From a bacterium (GTDB lineage: Bacteria > Zixibacteria > MSB-5A5 > GN15 > FEB-12): a stretch of DNA of 64,000 nucleotides. Below are positions 9,902-19,719 of the stretch, piece after piece. How positions within the stretch are numbered: the stretch's first letter is position 1; the number at the start of each line of letters is the position of its first letter. The stretch lies in the NCBI GenBank assembly GCA_043811375.1, contig JBDRNJ010000039.1:1-64000 (forward strand), given 5' to 3'. The position numbers and the translations under genes are program-made. The notes beneath the pieces are model-generated. The model saw only the letters and a program-made list of their open reading frames with translations, made no database searches and had not been told where the DNA came from.

Positions 9902-10804
9902 ATGATGCCGACTGACTACCGCAAATACCTCGATCCGGAGACGGTATCCAAACTCAAGGGGATGGAGCTGCGGGCACGGATGGTGGTGGAGGGCTTTATT
10001 GCCGGGATGCACAAGTCGCCCTACCACGGCTTCTCGGTCGAGTTCGCCGAACACCGCCAGTATATGCCCGGCGACAATATCCGCGACATAGACTGGAAAG
10101 TCTACGCCAAGAGGGACCGCTTCTATATCAAGCAGTACGAGGAAGAGACCAACCTCAAGGCGTACCTGCTTCTGGACTGCTCGGCCTCGATGGCATACCG
10201 TTCGGGGAAGCGCGTGATTAAGCTCGACTATGCCGGTCTGCTGTCGGCGGCGTTGTCGTACATGATGCTGCGCCAGCGAGACGCCGTGGGGTTGGTGGTG
10301 TTTGATGACAAGATTCGTCGTTACATACCACCACGGTCGAAATCGGGACATTTGCACGTGCTGCTGACCGAGATCGCGGCGCAGACACCCTCCAGCACGA
10401 CCGACATTGCGATGACTCTCCACGAGATGGCCGAACGGATCAAGCGGCGCGGGTTGGTTATTGTCATGTCCGACCTGCTGGACGATGCCGAGCAGATTAT
10501 TTCAGGGCTGAAGCATTTCCGCTACAATGGCCATGAAGTGATCGTCTTTCACATCCTTGATCCTCGCGAACGTGATTTTGCATTCCCGCGTGAGGCTATC
10601 TTCAAGGACATGGAGACCGGCGATGAGGTAACGACGTTACCCTTTCAGATCAAGAAAGACTATGCGCAAGCGGTCAGGGCTTTCTCCGGTGAGATTGCCG
10701 CCGCCTGCCGCCAGGCCAATATCGACTACCACCCGATCGACACCGCCACCCCGTTCGACAAAGCGCTTTATGCGTTCTTAGCCAAGAGGGAGAGGTTGTA
10801 TTGA
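9902..10804 (+). CDS. DUF58 domain protein (MoxR partner)
   Basis: GMHKSPYHGFSVEFAEHRQYMPGD, IDWKVYAK, YIKQYEEETNL, LDCSASM. Confidence 0.93.
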   Translation: MMPTDYRKYLDPETVSKLKGMELRARMVVEGFIAGMHKSPYHGFSVEFAEHRQYMPGDNIRDIDWKVYAKRDRFYIKQYEEETNLKAYLLLDCSASMAYRSGKRVIKLDYAGLLSAALSYMMLRQRDAVGLVVFDDKIRRYIPPRSKSGHLHVLLTEIAAQTPSSTTDIAMTLHEMAERIKRRGLVIVMSDLLDDAEQIISGLKHFRYNGHEVIVFHILDPRERDFAFPREAIFKDMETGDEVTTLPFQIKKDYAQAVRAFSGEIAAACRQANIDYHPIDTATPFDKALYAFLAKRERLY

Positions 10805-10984
10805 AGGGGGGTGTATGAAATCACACAGTGACGCGTTACCAATGTGACATGTTGTTTTTTGCTTGACACGGCTGCTACCCCCGAGTGACCTTTGATAGTC
10901 ACTTTGTAAGGACCGAATTCAGAAAGTGATTGGTTCAGTGGACAGTTTGAGTGATAAAGAGCATACAAGGATGGAATCTGGCAA

Positions 10985-12463
10985 ATGACCAGCGGGAGTG
11001 ATCAGACCACCGATGGTGAAAGGCGTGACGTGGGTGCAAACCAACGAATTACCACTGTTCCAGATTCAGAAACCGACAACAGAGAGGAAACCCGCAAAAA
11101 AGTAGAACGACTGATACGGGAAAAGCGTAGACCTTCTCCGAAGTTCATACGGGACCCGATACACGACATCATAAAGATTGAGGATGATCTCGTGCTAAAG
11201 ATTCTCGACTGCCCAGCCATGCAACGACTGAGAGAAATAAGGCAACTGGGGACTGCTTATCTGGTTTACCCGTGTGCTGAACATACCCGATTCGTTCACT
11301 CCCTTGGCGTTTATCATCTATCTGACATTCTTATGACCCAACTTGACAATGCGGGTCAAGAGACGTCCACATATGATAAGTTTGTGGTTCGACTTGCAGC
11401 ACTCCTCCACGATATCGGCCACGGACCCTTCAGCCACCTTTTCGAGGCAGCTATCAAGCGGATCGGGTACGAGTCTGCTTCAAAGCATTTGGAATGGTCC
11501 AAGAAAATGGTTATGGAATATCCACCGCTGGTTAGACTACTTGACGGCTATGACGAGAGTCTGAAGAAAGATGTAGTGGGAGTGCTGTCCAACAGCTACA
11601 AGCCGCTGCATCTAGGAGCCATTGTTAGCTCCCAGCTCGACGTGGACCGATTTGATTACATGCTTAGAGATTCATACATGACCGGTGTTAACTACGGACG
11701 GTTTGACCTGAAGTGGGTTCTCAGGAATCTCTCGCTCAAGTACGTTGATCAAGCAGACGAAGATGGCAGGGTGGAGGGAGGCCAGCGAATATCACTTGAC
11801 GCAACACGCGGTCTAAGTTCTTTGGAGGAATTCTTCTTAGGGAATCTGAATCTATATGAACACGTTTACTATCACAAGACGGTACAAGCGGCTGGGGGAA
11901 TGATAATCTCGATCCTAGCTCAAGCAATACGCCTTCTCGCAGAAGGCAAAAACTTAGGTATCAAATGCAGTGCCTTATCAATAATCGCCAACGGTGAGAA
12001 TCTTGAGGTCGATGACTACCTTGAACTTACAGATGGAGCAGTAATCTCCTGGCTAAGGACATGGAGTCGCAATGCTGTTGACAGCATACTGACTGATCTG
12101 TCACAGAAGTACTTAGCGCGAGATCTTTTTAAGGCCGTTGAGACAACTGATCTGAACCAAGATGCATACTACAAACTTCGGACGGCAATCGAAGAGAAGC
12201 TCCAGCAAGACGGTCTTGACCCAGACTATTACTTGGTAGCAATGGATTCAGAAAGACTCGGCTACAAGCCATTGTCTCCTGAGGAGATCTATGTTACCCG
12301 AAAAGATGGAAACACAATGCGATATTCTGATATTATCAAGGAAAAAGGTCACAAAATAAGTGAGGCGATCGTAACGCGCTTGCTGCATCAACGAAACCTC
12401 TTAGTTTTACCGGATAAATATGTTGCCTTCGCCGAAGCAGAGAAAGTGAGGTTGGCAGGATGA
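10985..12463 (+). CDS. HD-domain dNTP triphosphohydrolase-like protein (SAMHD1/YwfO-like)
   Basis: IRDPIH, QRLREIRQLG, HTRFVHSLGV, LLHDIGHGPFSH, LDVDRFDYMLRDS, VYYHKT. Confidence 0.9.
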   Translation: MTSGSDQTTDGERRDVGANQRITTVPDSETDNREETRKKVERLIREKRRPSPKFIRDPIHDIIKIEDDLVLKILDCPAMQRLREIRQLGTAYLVYPCAEHTRFVHSLGVYHLSDILMTQLDNAGQETSTYDKFVVRLAALLHDIGHGPFSHLFEAAIKRIGYESASKHLEWSKKMVMEYPPLVRLLDGYDESLKKDVVGVLSNSYKPLHLGAIVSSQLDVDRFDYMLRDSYMTGVNYGRFDLKWVLRNLSLKYVDQADEDGRVEGGQRISLDATRGLSSLEEFFLGNLNLYEHVYYHKTVQAAGGMIISILAQAIRLLAEGKNLGIKCSALSIIANGENLEVDDYLELTDGAVISWLRTWSRNAVDSILTDLSQKYLARDLFKAVETTDLNQDAYYKLRTAIEEKLQQDGLDPDYYLVAMDSERLGYKPLSPEEIYVTRKDGNTMRYSDIIKEKGHKISEAIVTRLLHQRNLLVLPDKYVAFAEAEKVRLAG

Positions 12464-12975
12464 ACGTTTTTGAGAGAATTGAAAAGATACGTGCTCTATT
12501 GAGTGATGCAAACTCGCAAGGGAAAATCGAATCGAAGAAGAAGCTTCACAAATTAGTGTACTTGCTACAGCAGTCAGGAGAAAACTTTGACGAAGATTTC
12601 ATATTTCACCACTACGGGGTTTTTTCCCCGACGCTAGCTCGAGATCTGGAATTCGCAGAAAAAACAGAACAGATCGAGATCGAGAAGCCTCAAGCCGAGA
12701 ACTGGGGCTACACGATCAAGCTCCCGCCTGATAGGATTCTTGGTGGAGAGAACCGTCTATCGAACAAAAGCAGAGAGCACTTGATACCACATCTTGCAGA
12801 CAAAGAACCACAACTCTTGGAGACGCTTAGCACGATAGTCTACCTTAAACGGAATTATTACAACGAAAAAGACTTGAAGCAGAAACTATCCGAACTGAAA
12901 CCCGATTTGTCACAGCACTATGAAGAAGCATTTCACCTTGCAAAAGAGCTTTTCCAAATCGATATAAAGCCGTAG
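12460..12975 (+). CDS. YwgA-like / DUF4065 (Panacea)-related protein
   Basis: IESKKKLHKLVYLLQ...FIFHHYGVFSPTLARDLE...LETLSTIVYL; ATGA overlap with the HD gene. Confidence 0.7.
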   Translation: MNVFERIEKIRALLSDANSQGKIESKKKLHKLVYLLQQSGENFDEDFIFHHYGVFSPTLARDLEFAEKTEQIEIEKPQAENWGYTIKLPPDRILGGENRLSNKSREHLIPHLADKEPQLLETLSTIVYLKRNYYNEKDLKQKLSELKPDLSQHYEEAFHLAKELFQIDIKP

Positions 12976-13029
12976 CACCAGAGGCTTCTGCCCTACAAAG
13001 CTGGCCACCGGTCGAATCGGTTGCTGATT

Positions 13030-13425
13030 TCACTCCATCTTCCGAAAATGCCACTTTACTACGTCACCGCTTTCAGTCAAGAACTTGTCACAGGCTACAT
13101 TCGGCGTGCTGTCGTTGACGGTGTAAATCCAGTAAGCGCCACTGCCGTTTTCAACCGAGTCGATCGCCGTCACAAACACACCCAGCGCCGAAGATTTGAA
13201 ATCCACCTGGTGCTGCTGTTTTAACAGTTCGAACACGGTTGTAGAACCGATGCCGACCAGTTCTATCACTACGCTGTCGGAGGCTATTGCCCCAGAGATA
13301 GAGTCCTGGCTCGACTCGTTTTCGGCGGTGGTGCTGCCATCCTCGTTCGACCCGCAGGAAACCGCCAGTGGCAGGATCATCAGCACTGGAATAAGCAAGG
13401 TTAGTCGGTATTTCGGTTTTCCCAT
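13030..13425 (-). CDS. DUF4430 (transcobalamin C-terminal-like) lipoprotein
   Basis: Lipobox LAVSC; TVFELL...GVFVTAID..N....YWIYTVN....VACD......GDVVKW. Confidence 0.8.
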   Translation of the reverse strand: MGKPKYRLTLLIPVLMILPLAVSCGSNEDGSTTAENESSQDSISGAIASDSVVIELVGIGSTTVFELLKQQHQVDFKSSALGVFVTAIDSVENGSGAYWIYTVNDSTPNVACDKFLTESGDVVKWHFRKME

Positions 13426-13502
13426 GCAACCTCCGGTTGGTGTCAGGTGGCCGGTTCCATTTTACCTTGCTTTGGGCGGCAATGCAATTTTATTTACAGG
13501 CC

Positions 13503-14678
13503 ATGAGGCAAATCGTTTTAGCTCTGATATTAGTTGCCGGCTGTCTGCCGGCAGCGGTGGCCCAGGACACCTACTACTCTATTTTCAGCTATACCCATTT
13601 CATTCCACAGGTTACGATCAACGACCGGGCAGCCTCGCTGCAGAGCGGTGTTTACCCGGAGTATTACCGGACACACTCCGTCCGCAACGACATGCGCTGG
13701 GTGATGCGCAATGACAGCACCCTGACGGCTTTCTGGTCGGAAAAGGGCGATACTATTTTGCACCTGCTGACGGAGCTGTCGGGCATCGAATGGTATGAAG
13801 AAGAGTTCGACATTTACTTAGTCCGGTACTTTCCGGCGCTCGGTTCGGGGGACCCGCTGATTATCCCGATAGGCGGGATGAAAAGCGGTTCGCTGATAGA
13901 AGCCGCCCCCAGCGGCAAACACCAGGCCCTCAATCTGATCTTTCAGCTTTCCCGCCGCATGCTGGCTCAGACCGTGCAGCCGGAGGATGCTATCCGTCTC
14001 GGCATTGCCGACCATCCGTTGATGCGACCGGGTCCCTACCGGCGCGACAACCTGGCTCTACTTTTAGCTATTGCCGTCAGCCAGAACATTATCGGGTTGG
14101 ACTCCACGCGTGAAGCATATCGGTCCGTATTCTGGGTGGATCATACGCCCGGTCGTCAACTGTTTGAGCAGTATTTCCTGGATAAATGGGTCCTGACACC
14201 CGATCAAACCCTGTCTGACCGGATAGTTGTCGAGCCATACGGATCACCATTGGTGGTCGCGACTCGACCACCCCGCCCGACCAGGCGAACCAGTCCGGCA
14301 ACAACCAGAGTCTATATCGAGGGTCTGCCACTTCAGGGCGAACTGGGTTTCTCGGTAAAGGTGAACGAAGCCAATTATCTCGAAATTGACACCATCGATG
14401 TCTACCGGCTGGCCTACGCCTGCGGCCTGAGAGCGGGCGACCAGATCCATTCCGTGGATAATCAGCGGGTGCGAACCCACCGTCGACTGGTGGAGAGAAT
14501 CCTGGAGGGGCTGGAAAACGAGGGGGCGACGGTTCGAATACTGCGGGATGATTCTTTTGAGACGATCATCGTTCGGCGTATGGACCTGGCTATACCGGAT
14601 GAAGAGCTTTACCCTGACGATTTCCTCGACTACGATTCGGTATCAACTGACAGCAATTCATTGGAATCTGAATATTGA
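13503..14678 (+). CDS. Secreted protein with C-terminal PDZ domain
   Basis: Signal peptide MRQIVLALILVAGCLPAAVA; LGFSV...AYACGLRAGDQIHSVD PDZ signature; acidic tail. Confidence 0.7.
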   Translation: MRQIVLALILVAGCLPAAVAQDTYYSIFSYTHFIPQVTINDRAASLQSGVYPEYYRTHSVRNDMRWVMRNDSTLTAFWSEKGDTILHLLTELSGIEWYEEEFDIYLVRYFPALGSGDPLIIPIGGMKSGSLIEAAPSGKHQALNLIFQLSRRMLAQTVQPEDAIRLGIADHPLMRPGPYRRDNLALLLAIAVSQNIIGLDSTREAYRSVFWVDHTPGRQLFEQYFLDKWVLTPDQTLSDRIVVEPYGSPLVVATRPPRPTRRTSPATTRVYIEGLPLQGELGFSVKVNEANYLEIDTIDVYRLAYACGLRAGDQIHSVDNQRVRTHRRLVERILEGLENEGATVRILRDDSFETIIVRRMDLAIPDEELYPDDFLDYDSVSTDSNSLESEY

Positions 14679-14687
14679 GAGGTAGTT

Positions 14688-15227
14688 ATGAACGATTTAG
14701 TAGAAAGACTCCTGCCCGAAGTCAAAGAGATCAGAAATCCCGACCTGCAGAAGAGTGTCGTTGCCTGCTGGGAGGAGGCCATCCGGTTCCGGGGGTGGAC
14801 CGAGAAGCTGCTGCGGGAGATGCCGTTTACCCTGCTGGCGGACAATGTCAGAATTCCCTTCGTAGATCACGTGCGGGCCGTCTGCCGGATGTGCATGGCC
14901 TGTGATGACGTACTCAATGATGTCCACGGCTCCAACAAAACGGTTCTTGACCGCGACTATCTTATCGCCGGTGCCCTGCTGGCCGACGTCGGCAAGCTGC
15001 TGGAATTTGAGATCATAAACGGCAAGCCGACCAAATCGGACTATGGCAAACATATTCGACATCCATTCAGCGGCGTCGGCCTGGCTTTCAAACATAACCT
15101 GCCGTCGGAAGTGATGCACATTATCGCTACCCACTCCAAGGAAGGCGTGGGCGAGCAACGTCTGCCCGAAAGCATCATCTTCCATCACTGCGACTTCATA
15201 GACTTTGAGCTGGTCAAGGCAGGTTAG
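14688..15227 (+). CDS. HD/HDIG-superfamily phosphohydrolase-like protein (HD motif reads AD)
   Basis: DHVRAV, LIAGALLADVGK, RHPFSG, HIIATHS, HHCDF; RBS GAGGT. Confidence 0.75.
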   Translation: MNDLVERLLPEVKEIRNPDLQKSVVACWEEAIRFRGWTEKLLREMPFTLLADNVRIPFVDHVRAVCRMCMACDDVLNDVHGSNKTVLDRDYLIAGALLADVGKLLEFEIINGKPTKSDYGKHIRHPFSGVGLAFKHNLPSEVMHIIATHSKEGVGEQRLPESIIFHHCDFIDFELVKAG

Positions 15228-15346
15228 CCTGTCTTATGCAGTATCTCAGCAGTTAGTCCCGGTGACAGGAATGATGAATATGGAACTACCCGCATGGGTC
15301 TTACGGCGGAGCCACTGACAGCACACAACAAAGAAGGAACGCGCTC

Positions 15347-17335
15347 GTGACAGCAGAATCGAATCACACCGGCCAGAACCTGGTCGAAAAGATCGCCCAG
15401 CGCCACGCGGTGGGACTTCATGAAGGGCATGTCGTCCACAGCGGCGACTATATATCGATCCGTCCCGCTCATGTCATGACCCACGACAATACCGGGGCGG
15501 TAATGCCCAAGTTCCGAAGCATCGGTGCCACGAAGATGGCCAATCCCCGCCAGCCGGTGTTTGCTCTGGACCACAACGTTCAGGACACCGGCGAGACCAA
15601 CATGGCCAAGTATGCCCGGATTGAATCGTTTGCCGCTGAGATGGGGGTTGATTTTTATCCGGCCGGACGCGGTATCGGACACCAGATCATGTGCGAAGAA
15701 GGCTATGCCTGGCCGGGCACAATGATGGTTGCTTCCGACAGCCACTCCAATATGTACGGCGGTCTGGGCTGCCTGGGAACACCAATCGTGCGTACCGACG
15801 CCGCCGCTATCTGGGCTACGGGACGCACCTGGTGGCAGGTGCCGCCGGTAGCCAGGGTGCGATTGTACGGGCAGATGCGTCCGGGTGTCAGCGGCAAGGA
15901 TGTCATTATCACACTGTGTGGATTCTTCAATAACAACGAGGTTCTTAACCATGCGGTCCAATTCGATGGTGACGGCATTGCCGCGCTCTCTATAGATGAC
16001 CGATTGACCATCGCCAACATGACCACCGAATGGGGCGCGTTGGCGGGACTGTTCCCGATCGATGAAACAACTGTTCACTGGTTGTCTGAGCGCCTGGCGG
16101 TAGTTGAGAAACGCGGACCTGCGGGGGTGCCGTCGGATGCCGATAGTAACGGGCGACATCCGCGTCTTTATCGGGAGCGTCTGCAGGAACTGAAGCAGAA
16201 CCCACCCCATGCCGATAACGATGCCTTCTACGCCAGGGAACTTTCTCTGGATCTCGGGTCCGTGATACCTTATGTGGCCGGACCTGACAATGTAAAGACG
16301 ATGACGCCGGTGTCCGAGATGAGCCGTCTGAAAATGAAAATCCATAAAGCCTATCTCGTTTCGTGCGTCAACAGCCGACTGGACGATCTGGCCGCTGCCG
16401 CCAATGTAATGCGCGGTAAAAAAACAGCCGACGGAGTGGAGTTCTACGTGGCTGCTGCATCCAGTGAAATCCAGGCCGAAAGTGAACGGCGCGGCGACTG
16501 GCAGGCGCTGCTGGAAGCCGGCGCCATCCCGCTCCCGCCCGGATGCGGGCCGTGTATCGGGTTGGGCCGGGGACTGCTGGAGGAAAACGAAGTCGGTATC
16601 TCAGCTACCAATCGCAATTTCAAAGGCCGCATGGGCGCGCGCAGCGCCAGGGCATACCTGGCCTCACCGGCAGTTGTGGCGGCGTCGGCGGTAACCGGCT
16701 TCATCACCGGTCCGGAAGCAGTCGCTACGGGAAAGCCGGTCGGCGAAATCAAAATGAACAAAAAAGCTGCCGGCACGCAAGCGGCTGTTGAGGTGGTCGA
16801 TGGTTTTCCCCGGCAGATCGTCAGCGACCTGGTTTTCTGTCATCAGGACAATCTCAATACCGACGGCATCTACCCCGGCAAGTATACCTACATCGATGAT
16901 TTCACGCCGCAGCAACAGGCCGGTGTAGTGATGGAAAACTATGATCCACAGTTTCGTGACATGGTCAAAGAGGGTGACATCTTGGTCGGCGGTTTCAATT
17001 TCGGCAGTGGCAGTTCGCGTGAGCAGGCGGCTACGGCGTTGAAATATCGCGGTATCCGGCTGGTGCTGGCCGGGTCATTCAGCGAAACCTACAAGCGCAA
17101 CGCCATAAACAACGGGTTCCTGGCTATTGAAGCCCCGGAGTTGGTGCGAGACCTGAAAGAAAAGTTCGGCACCGATAATCTGACTGTCGCCACCGGGTGG
17201 CAGGCCACTATTGATTTCACCAACGCCACCCTATCGGTTGAGGGCAAGCAGTATCAACTCAGCCCGGTCGGTGCGGCGGCCCAGGAACTGATTGTCGTCG
17301 AAGGCTTGGAAAGCTGGGTGAAACGCAATATGTAG
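15347..17335 (+). CDS. lysF: Homoaconitase, single-chain (large + swivel domain fused)
   Basis: THDN, DH, GIGHQ, DSHSNMYG, Fe-S Cys in SCVNSR and GCGPCIG, TNRNFKGRMG, C-terminal NTDGIYPG/NFGSGSSREQA; closely resembles fungal Lys4. Confidence 0.85.
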   Translation: MTAESNHTGQNLVEKIAQRHAVGLHEGHVVHSGDYISIRPAHVMTHDNTGAVMPKFRSIGATKMANPRQPVFALDHNVQDTGETNMAKYARIESFAAEMGVDFYPAGRGIGHQIMCEEGYAWPGTMMVASDSHSNMYGGLGCLGTPIVRTDAAAIWATGRTWWQVPPVARVRLYGQMRPGVSGKDVIITLCGFFNNNEVLNHAVQFDGDGIAALSIDDRLTIANMTTEWGALAGLFPIDETTVHWLSERLAVVEKRGPAGVPSDADSNGRHPRLYRERLQELKQNPPHADNDAFYARELSLDLGSVIPYVAGPDNVKTMTPVSEMSRLKMKIHKAYLVSCVNSRLDDLAAAANVMRGKKTADGVEFYVAAASSEIQAESERRGDWQALLEAGAIPLPPGCGPCIGLGRGLLEENEVGISATNRNFKGRMGARSARAYLASPAVVAASAVTGFITGPEAVATGKPVGEIKMNKKAAGTQAAVEVVDGFPRQIVSDLVFCHQDNLNTDGIYPGKYTYIDDFTPQQQAGVVMENYDPQFRDMVKEGDILVGGFNFGSGSSREQAATALKYRGIRLVLAGSFSETYKRNAINNGFLAIEAPELVRDLKEKFGTDNLTVATGWQATIDFTNATLSVEGKQYQLSPVGAAAQELIVVEGLESWVKRNM

Positions 17336-17410
17336 GTAGCGTCAGATCACACCTGCGTGACCGCAGACAGACCTAACGCAGCAAGTTACACAAACTAGTC
17401 ACATTCTCTG

Positions 17411-17440
17411 AAAAAAAAGAGCTCCGCGAGGGAGCTCTTT
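17411..17440. terminator. Intrinsic terminator between convergent genes
   Basis: A8-GAGCTCC-GCGAG-GGAGCTC-TTT hairpin; U-tract on the minus strand. Confidence 0.8.
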
Positions 17441-17461
17441 ATAATTCATGTATGTTCTGAA

Positions 17462-17800
17462 TTATTCGTTGAGTGCTTTCATCGCCTCTTCGCGAGTGTC
17501 GAAGTGCTCAAAAACCGTGATCAGACGGGTGACGACCAGGATCGACTCGATCTTACTGATGTTGACCAGTGCGAAACGTCCGCCGGAGTTCTTGACGGTG
17601 GTCATGGCGGAAATAAACATCCCCAGTCCAACCGAATTCATCCAGTCGACTTTGGCCAGGTCAACCAGGACTTTGTTTTTGTTCTGATTGATGTACTCAT
17701 GGATGCGACCGTGGAACATCGTCGTTTCATCGCCGCCCATGATCTTGCCGGAAATCTCAAAGATGACAACATTGCCTTCAAGCAGATCATTAAACTTCAT
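17462..17800 (-). CDS. STAS domain anti-sigma-factor antagonist
   Basis: VLVDLAKVDWMNSVGLGMF phospho-Ser motif, TRLITVFEHFDT. Confidence 0.9.
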   Translation of the reverse strand: MKFNDLLEGNVVIFEISGKIMGGDETTMFHGRIHEYINQNKNKVLVDLAKVDWMNSVGLGMFISAMTTVKNSGGRFALVNISKIESILVVTRLITVFEHFDTREEAMKALNE

Positions 17801-18028
17801 TGGCTTATCCCTAATTTTGACGTTCAGCTTCCAACAAATAATCGAGCCGGGTCGGCACAGTACTTCTACCTGAAGAAAATCATCTCCTGCCGCGCCCATC
17901 CCGGCTTCGCTGACACCATATAACGAGCCGCCCGGCAGAAAATCAAGCGGTTTTTTGGATCTGGTCAGCAACCGGGTGGCCACAGATTATCTCCAACAAG
18001 TTCGGGAATGGCACCCGGCATGATCTAC

Positions 18029-18050
18029 CGGCAGATGTGGACATCTGCCG
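18029..18050. repeat. REP-like palindrome family B, copy 2
   Basis: CGGCAGATGTGGACATCTGCCG. Confidence 0.8.
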
Positions 18051-18218
18051 ATCACAGGGCGGGACATTGAAATCGCCACACTTATTGAGCCACTCGAGCG
18101 TGACAAGGCTCATCCCGTTAACAGGACAAAGATGTCAGAACCACAGGGGTTTTAACGTACAAGATTTTTCACGGACACAACTGGTTGTAAGTTCGTCACC
18201 AATTGGTGATATCGTCAT

Positions 18219-19265
18219 TTACTCCCCAATCGTTTTCTCCTCGACGGTCTCTGCCTCGGTAGCCTGAGCCATGCCCAGCTTCTCTTTCACTTTGCCCAGA
18301 ATCTCAGTTGAGACATCGGCATTTTCCTCAAAGAACTGCCGGACATTCTCGCGCCCCTGCCCGAGCCGGTCGGAACCATAGCTGAACCAGGAGCCGGACT
18401 TGTCGACAATACCGTGGTTGACGGCCATATCAAGCAACTCGCCCGAATACGAAATCCCCTTGCCATAAATGATATCAAACTCGGCCTCACGAAACGGCGG
18501 CGCCACCTTGTTTTTGACCACTCGCACCCGGGTGCGTGAGCCGATAACTTCCTGGCCGTCCTTGATAGTGGCGATCCTGCGGATGTCGAGCCGAATACTG
18601 GAGTAGAATTTCAAAGCATTGCCGCCGGTAGTCGTCTCCGGGTTGCCGAACATGACGCCGATCTTCATCCTGATCTGGTTGATAAACACCACCGACGTAT
18701 GCGATTTGGAGATAATTGCGGTCAGTTTGCGCAACGCCTGCGACATCAGCCGCGCCTGCAATCCCATGTGAGCATCGCCCATCTCGCCCTCGATCTCCGC
18801 GCGTGGCGTCAGGGCCGCCACAGAGTCAATAACGATAATATCCACCGCCGAAGAGCGCACCAGCATCTCCACGATATCCAGCGCCTGTTCGCCTGTATCC
18901 GGTTGCGAGACAAGGAGTATGTCGGTGTTGACACCCAGCGCCCGGGCGTAGGTGGCGTCCAGGGCATGTTCGGCATCAATGAACGCCGCCACCCCACCGA
19001 GCTTCTGGGCCTCCGCGATAATGTGCAGCGCCATAGTCGTTTTGCCCGATGACTCCGGCCCGAATATCTCCGTCACCCGCCCCCGCGGTATCCCCCACAC
19101 CCCCAGAGCGCGGTCCAATCCCAGCGAGCCGGTCGGGATTACCTCCACCTCCAGGACTGTGCGATCCCCCAGCCGCATTATCGAGCCTTTGCCGAAAGAG
19201 CGCTCAATCTGGATCAGGGCCGCCTCCAGCGCTTTCTTGCGATCCGGCACCGATGTGGTCACCAT
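18219..19265 (-). CDS. recA: Recombinase RecA
   Basis: [56 protein letters not shown]; no intein. Confidence 0.99.
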   Translation of the reverse strand: MVTTSVPDRKKALEAALIQIERSFGKGSIMRLGDRTVLEVEVIPTGSLGLDRALGVWGIPRGRVTEIFGPESSGKTTMALHIIAEAQKLGGVAAFIDAEHALDATYARALGVNTDILLVSQPDTGEQALDIVEMLVRSSAVDIIVIDSVAALTPRAEIEGEMGDAHMGLQARLMSQALRKLTAIISKSHTSVVFINQIRMKIGVMFGNPETTTGGNALKFYSSIRLDIRRIATIKDGQEVIGSRTRVRVVKNKVAPPFREAEFDIIYGKGISYSGELLDMAVNHGIVDKSGSWFSYGSDRLGQGRENVRQFFEENADVSTEILGKVKEKLGMAQATEAETVEEKTIGE

Positions 19266-19578
19266 ATTCGTCCTGCCTTTCCGTATTTCGATTCGCTTGT
19301 TAGCCATGCTGCTAAGGTACACCAGGTACTATCTTAAAATATATCACATTTTCAACAATATCAAAATAGCTTTACCCCCTGACAGCGGCTGTCAGTTTGA
19401 TTTGCGCGGGACGATATTAAATGCGAAAAAAGGCCGGGCGGAACCATCCGGCGACTCTGCCGCCTGCTCTCATCGGCAAAACCACAAGTGGTTTTGCCCT
19501 ACGGCCCCTTTCCGGCAAAATAATGCAAGGCTCCCCGGATCGAGGAGCCTTGCTGTCACTCCAGCACGCCGATAGTCA

Positions 19579-19642
19579 GTAGGTCAGGACCCTTGTGGTC
19601 CTGACGCCTCGATTTGTGTCAGGTGCGCAAGGCACCTGACCT
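19579..19642. repeat. GTAG-type REP-like hairpin pair (family C)
   Basis: GTAGGTCAGGACCCTTGTGGTCCTGAC followed by GTCAGGTGCGCAAGGCACCTGACCT; related units at 23062-23089 and (inverted) 52772-52798. Confidence 0.65.
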
Positions 19643-19719
19643 TGGACTGCCGGGTGATCCGAAGATCACCCGGTCACAGTTTCATGGTCAAAGGGCGTCA
19701 GGTATAAGTGACTTGTCAC

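Noticed and set aside
13426..13502. Cobalamin riboswitch upstream of the DUF4430 gene
   Set aside because: The divergent gap is only about 77 bp and lacks B12-box motifs
15224..16345. Long antisense ORF (373 aa) and similar shadow ORFs opposite moxR, dnaE, rsgA and pccB
   Set aside because: They overlap well-supported genes on the other strand, as expected from GC-rich codon bias, and carry no motifs
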